DNA from: Nemertoderma westbladi
Lineage: Eukaryota > Animalia > Xenacoelomorpha
Length of the DNA: 41,485 bases
NCBI GenBank assembly: GCA_032718475.1
Contig: JAUCBJ010004025.1
Location: 1-41,485, forward strand
Direction: 5' to 3'
Shown here in pieces: positions 35,687-41,485 of this stretch. Every line of letters starts with the position of its first letter. Positions within the stretch are counted from its first letter, which is position 1. The notes beneath the pieces were generated by a model. The model was not told the DNA's origin. It saw only the letters and a list, made by a program, of their open reading frames with translations, and did not search any database. Position numbers and translations under genes: made by a program.

Positions 35687-36606
35687 TTAAACTATGATTA
35701 TTAATAAAATACTCGCAATCGACAACCAAAACAAATACGATGAAACTTTTTGACAAGAACACACATAATCAATAATTACCTACCATCTTTAACTAACAGT
35801 TGTTGTACCGGTACATGTAGTAAGGCCTAGGCGCAACTGTATAAGGGCATAGTTATCCTACGCCTACTGTGACATGCTCCCTTTTGAATTTAATTTAAAA
35901 AACCTGTCAATATCCTTTATACGGAATCCAATGTCTTCCTATATAGTAGTTGATAAGTTGGGATTTTAATTTTCATATCCGTGACATACGGTATCTGTTA
36001 AATCCGTAAGCAGAATGTTAACCCTAGTGTATTAGAAATGTGAAGATATTCCGAAATAAGAAAAAGTTCATACTCAATTTTCATTATTTTCCACAAAAAT
36101 TTAAATGTCTAATCTATTGTCGAATCCTTAATTGTAACATTTACCTTTTACTATGCTTAGCATATCATAGATCGAAATATAGTTGCACAAGTAATAAATC
36201 TTAATCAGTGGGAGTAGGCCAATTTGTAGTGAGAAGCTGCACTGTGACTGATTATGGCCTTCTTCCTAATAGTGGTAAGGCATACCTACTTATCGTCTGA
36301 CTGTTGCAAGGTCATCAGATATCTATCTCCATCCTACTGTCGTACCGGTACTCTCCCGCTATCCGTAGTATTAAATATTAATAAACTAGTACCAAGAAAC
36401 CGAGGGCAACTTTATGAAAATACATCTCGAATGCTGCAACATTCGCAGTTCTCAATCCAATTAGATCGTGAATCGAAATTGTTTCGCGAATATAAATTGT
36501 TTTGCCACTATTTATGCGTTGCCACTACTAATTGTTATGCCGCAATTGATAGTTTTGCCATTATTTACTGTTTGTGACAAAAATTGATTCATTTGACTCT
36601 ATCGAA

Positions 36607-38760
36607 TATATTGCCACTATTGATTATTATATATTGCCACTATTGATTATTTTGCCACTATTGATTATTTTGCCACTATTGATTATTTTGCCACTATTGA
36701 TTATTATATATTGCCACTATTGATTATTATATTTTGCCACTATTGATTATTTTGCCACTATTGATTATTATATATTGCCACTATTGATTATTTTGCCACT
36801 ATTGATTATTATATTTTGCCACTATTGATTATTTTGCCACTATTGATTATTTTGCCACTATTGATTATTATATTTTGCCACTATTGATTATTTTGCCACT
36901 ATTGATTATTATATTTTGCCACTATTGATTATTATATTTTGCCACTATTGATTATTATATTTTGCCACTATTGATTATTATATTTTGCCACTATTGATTA
37001 TTTTGCCACTATTGATTATTATATTTTGCCACTATTGATTATTATATTTTGCCACTATTGATTATTTTGCCACTATTGATTATTATATTTTGCCACTATT
37101 GATTATTATATTTTGCCACTATTGATTATTATATTTTGCCACTATTGATTATTTTGCCACTATTGATTATTATATATTGCCACTATTGATTATTATATTT
37201 TGCCACTATTGATTATTTTGCCACTATTGATTATTATATATTGCCACTATTGATTATTATATTTTGCCACTATTGATTATTTTGCCACTATTGATTATTA
37301 TATATTGCCACTATTGATTATTATATTTTGCCACTATTGATTATTTTGCCACTATTGATTATTATATATTGCCACTATTGATTATTATATTTTGCCACTA
37401 TTGATTATTTTGCCACTATTGATTATTATATATTGCCACTATTGATTATTTTGCCACTATTGATTATTATATTTTGCCACTATTGATTATTTTGCCACTA
37501 TTGATTATTTTGCCACTATTGATTATTATATTTTGCCACTATTGATTATTTTGCCACTATTGATTATTATATATTGCCACTATTGATTATTATATTTTGC
37601 CACTATTGATTATTTTGCCACTATTGATTATTATATATTGCCACTATTGATTATTTTGCCACTATTGATTATTATATTTTGCCACTATTGATTATTTTGC
37701 CACTATTGATTATTTTGCCACTATTGATTATTATATTTTGCCACTATTGATTATTTTGCCACTATTGATTATTTTGCCACTATTGATTATTATATTTTGC
37801 CACTATTGATTATTTTGCCACTATTGATTATTTTGCCACTATTGATTATTATATTTTGCCACTATTGATTATTTTGCCACTATTGATTATTATATATTGC
37901 CACTATTGATTATTATATTTTGCCACTATTGATTATTTTGCCACTATTGATTATTATATATTGCCACTATTGATTATTTTGCCACTATTGATTATTATAT
38001 TTTGCCACTATTGATTATTTTGCCACTATTGATTATTTTGCCACTATTGATTATTATATTTTGCCACTATTGATTATTTTGCCACTATTGATTATTTTGC
38101 CACTATTGATTATTATATTTTGCCACTATTGATTATTTTGCCACTATTGATTATTTTGCCACTATTGATTATTTTGCCACTATTGATTATTATATATTGC
38201 CACTATTGATTATTTTGCCACTATTGATTATTATATTTTGCCACTATTGATTATTTTGCCACTATTGATTATTATATTTTGCCACTATTGATTATTATAT
38301 ATTGCCACTATTGATTATTTTGCCACTATTGATTATTTTGCCACTATTGATTATTATATATTGCCACTATTGATTATTTTGCCACTATTGATTATTATAT
38401 TTTGCCACTATTGATTATTTTGCCACTATTGATTATTATATTTTGCCACTATTGATTATTATATATTGCCACTATTGATTATTTTGCCACTATTGATTAT
38501 TTTGCCACTATTGATTATTATATTTTGCCACTATTGATTATTTTGCCACTATTGATTATTTTGCCACTATTGATTATTTTGCCACTATTGATTATTTTGC
38601 CACTATTGATTATTATATTTTGCCACTATTGATTATTTTGCCACTAATGATTATTTTGCCACTATTGATTATTTTGCCACTATCTATTATTTTGCCACTA
38701 TCTATTATTTTGCCACTATCTATTATTTTGCCACTATCTATTATTTTGCCGCTATTGATT
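36607..38760. repeat. 18/23/25-bp mixed-unit satellite (TTGCCACTATTGATTATT[ATAT...]) abutting the exon 8 acceptor
   Basis: Visible repeat ending ~20 nt before the acceptor AG. Confidence 0.97.
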
Positions 38761-38780
38761 GTTTTATATTTACCTTTTAG

Positions 38781-38970
38781 GTCCTACGCTCAAGTAATGG
38801 GTGCGGCATCGAACTTAATAGAAAATTCAACTCACACAGAAGATACGGTGGACGCGATAGCCAGAGTTGCTAAAACTGTTAAAATAGACGAGGAATTCTT
38901 GAGAATAAAGAAGTCTGACATATCGAAAATATCGACGTTGGGGATTGGGGGATTTGGGAGAGTCGAATTG
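38781..38970 (+). CDS. PRKG1: PKG exon 8 (end of CNB-B, switch helix, kinase Gly-rich loop); gene continues beyond the window
   Basis: SYAQVMG...ISTLGIGGFGRVEL; acceptor CCTTTTAG, donor TTG|GTAGGA. Confidence 0.95.
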
Positions 38971-39014
38971 GTAGGAAATTGATAATTATTAGTTAATAAA
39001 CAATGTAATATTAA

Positions 39015-39256
39015 CAGATAGGGTGGGAAACTGGACGCAATAAAAATTCATCCCTCTCCAGGGGAAATTCGACGCAAATAACAGCTGATTATTCTCAAAA
39101 ATAAAACTCTAACTATTGTGCTTAGTTCAATGTTTTGGTTAAAATAACGTCCCACTGTAACCTGCTCCTTTCCCAAAATTGAGAATTTAACATTGAGGCG
39201 GGATATTATTTCGCCAAGGCGGGTTTTGCGTCGAGTCCCCCCCCCCCCCGTGTCTC
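39015..39256. mobile_element. 242-bp hAT-type MITE, uninterrupted
   Basis: Imperfect TIRs CAGATAGGG..AACTGGACGCAA / TTGCGTCGAGT-CCC..TGTCTC; 8-bp TSD AATATTAA at 39007-39014 and 39257-39264. Confidence 0.88.
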
Positions 39257-39293
39257 AATATTAATTATGGGTTTGTTCGGAAATGGAAAAAAT

Positions 39294-40130
39294 GAGGAAT
39301 CACGTGATCGTGGCTGAATTGGTTAGCGCTACTGACGAGGAATCACGTGATCGTGGCTGTACTGGTTAGTGCTACTGACGAGGAATCACCTGATCGTGGC
39401 TGAACTGGTTAGCGCTACTGACGAGGAATCACGTGATCGTGGCTGAACTGGTTAGCGCTACTGACGAGGAATCACGTGATCGTGGCTGAACTGGTTAGCG
39501 CTACTGACGAGGAATCACGTGATCGTGGCTGAACTGGTTAGCGCTACTGACGAGGAATCACGTGATCGTGGCTGAACTGGTTAGCGCTACTGACGAGGAA
39601 TCACGTGATCGTGGCTGAACTGGTTAGCGCTACTGACGAGGAATCACGTGATCGTGGCTGAACTGGTTAGCGCTACTGACGAGGAATCACGTGATCGTGG
39701 CTGAACTGGTTAGCGCTACTGACGAGGAATCACGTGATCGTGGCTGAACTGGTTAGCGCTACTGACGAGGAATCACGTGATCGTGGCTGAACTTAGCGCT
39801 ACTGACGAGGAATAACGTCATCGTGGCTGAACTGGTTAGCGCTACTGACGAGGAATCACGTGATCGTGGCTGAACTGTTAGCGCTACTGACGAGGAATCA
39901 CGTGATCGTGGCTGAACTGGTTAGCGCTACTGACGAGGAATCACGTGATCGTGGCTGAACTGGTTAGCGCTACTGACGAGGAATCACGTGATCGTGGCTG
40001 AACTGGTTAGCGCTACTGACGAGGAATCACGTGATCGTGGCTGAACTGGTTAGCGCTACTGACGAGGAATCACGTGATCGTGGCTGAACTGGTTAGCGCT
40101 ACTGACGAGGATACGTCATCCTGGCTGAAC
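39294..40130. repeat. 43-bp satellite (GAGGAATCACGTGATCGTGGCTGAACTGGTTAGCGCTACTGAC) x~19, inside a copy of the 28590-28890 element family
   Basis: Visible repeat; flanks 39270-39300 and 40135-40210 match the ends of the 28590-28890 element. Confidence 0.95.
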
Positions 40131-41485
40131 TCCTTATCCATTTCTGAACAAAACCATAATATTACATCATTAATTACAGTTTCATTAACAGCTCATCTCT
40201 AATTAATTTAATTAATAAACAATAAATAAAACATTGTGGACTTATTTACCTCTGCTACCTAGACTTTAGGGGTCCTTAGACCACCACGATATCTACTCAG
40301 CAATTTGACTATTAAACAATGTGTATAAAAGTATACATAAAAGGACTACTACTATATATAGATACGGGTATCATAAGCCCTGAAACTGCTTAGCATTCTA
40401 CTTAGTTAGTTACTCGGCTTAAACCGTCGGCCGTGTAATTAACTAATCTTATTTCAGATTCCGAGCCAAATGTCATTTTTTGGAATATTGACTATTTATT
40501 ATAAATCAAAATGACACTCATATGATAATACCGCATTACCTACCTCCATCTACCTACAATGCTACATAACTGTCCGTGATGCCTAACATACCGATATATT
40601 CTATACAGTACAACACTGTAGGCCTACTCGCTCACAAGCTATTTTTATGGCCTCTAGATACCAAATTTCGAATCAGGCAATTACATAAATTGCCTTCACA
40701 AGATTGAGAACATGTATCCCGGGTTATTTGCATGCCAGAAGCTACACCCGGTTAGTTACCTTCACGTAAATTCCGTTTTTCATGTTCTTGAGAAAATTCA
40801 ATTTTCCTTCTTTGTGTTCACGTGATGCACCTGTAGTAGACATACACTTTGGTGGGTAGGGGGGGGGGGGGTGCAGAGGGGGCGAGTCAAAGGGGGCATC
40901 AAATTAAGGCATTCGTAGAGAAAAACGGAAAACACTTTATGCTAGAGGTGAGCCTAATTATTAAAGTCTATAGAGCGGATAAATTTGATGTTTTGCACGT
41001 TTTTAACAAGTTGTATTGAATTCGGCTTACTGAACCTGCGTTTGGTTCATTAAATATATATTGAAATTCGAGTGTTTATCCATTTCTGTTATTATAATAT
41101 TAATTAAATTGAGATTTATCAGAATTAATTTGATGTAAATTAAAAAGACTAATAAGTAAATATAATATTAGAAATGTGAATTCATCTTAAGTAATCCACT
41201 GTATCAGCACCTTTCCCAAAATTGACAATTTATCATTGGAACGAGATATTAATTCGTTACCTGGTCTGAGTCCAATCTATCCAATATGATCGAGAAAACA
41301 TCACCTTTTTATATTGTTTCAAAATTATTATTTTTATATTTCCTCAATTTAATGTCAATTAAAATGTTGTAAGTACCTTTATAAGTATTTTTAATGATTG
41401 AGTACCAGTCCACATTGTTTGGATCTCCGCACGATTCCCGGGACACTGAGTGTGTCAAATCGTCTAAACAGAAGCGAAACTCGGA

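Noticed and set aside
38620-38780. Hydrophobic LPLLII repeat extending exon 8 at its N-terminus
   Set aside because: Intronic 18-bp satellite that happens to be in frame; the true acceptor is at 38780.
39294-40130. Complete hammerhead ribozyme within the satellite unit
   Set aside because: CTGACGA is present but there is no GAAA, stem III or cleavage site.
38971-41485. Next PKG kinase exon
   Set aside because: No frame resembling VQL...FAMK found; the candidate acceptor near 40457 leads to unrelated sequence and a stop.

Overview
Eukaryotic, AT-rich, intron-containing genomic DNA, most likely from an invertebrate animal. The window holds the 5' part of a cGMP-dependent protein kinase gene (PKG; PRKG1/foraging-like) on the + strand. 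Eight coding exons (7297-38970, 1197 nt, 399 codons) join in frame and encode the leucine zipper, pseudosubstrate, both cyclic-nucleotide-binding (CNB) domains and the start of the kinase domain; the gene continues past the window. Intron 3 has a GC donor. The introns and upstream region contain about 14 kb of tandem arrays, RTE-like, CR1/L2-like and CRE-like non-LTR retroelements, a SINE, hAT-type MITEs with 8-bp TSDs, a solo LTR and an intact tRNA-Ala(CGC). Highlights: (1) an inverted-repeat element with two divergent, degenerate minimal hammerhead ribozymes, half of which is amplified elsewhere as a 43-bp satellite; (2) a minisatellite that copies the exon 7 splice donor 19 times, facing a ~2.2-kb AG-free array before exon 8; (3) inverted RTE copies flanking exons 2-7, a 696-nt block that would be stop-free if circularised; (4) loss of cGMP-selectivity residues in CNB-B; (5) a three-level nested insertion in intron 3. 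All calls were made by eye, without alignments or database searches.
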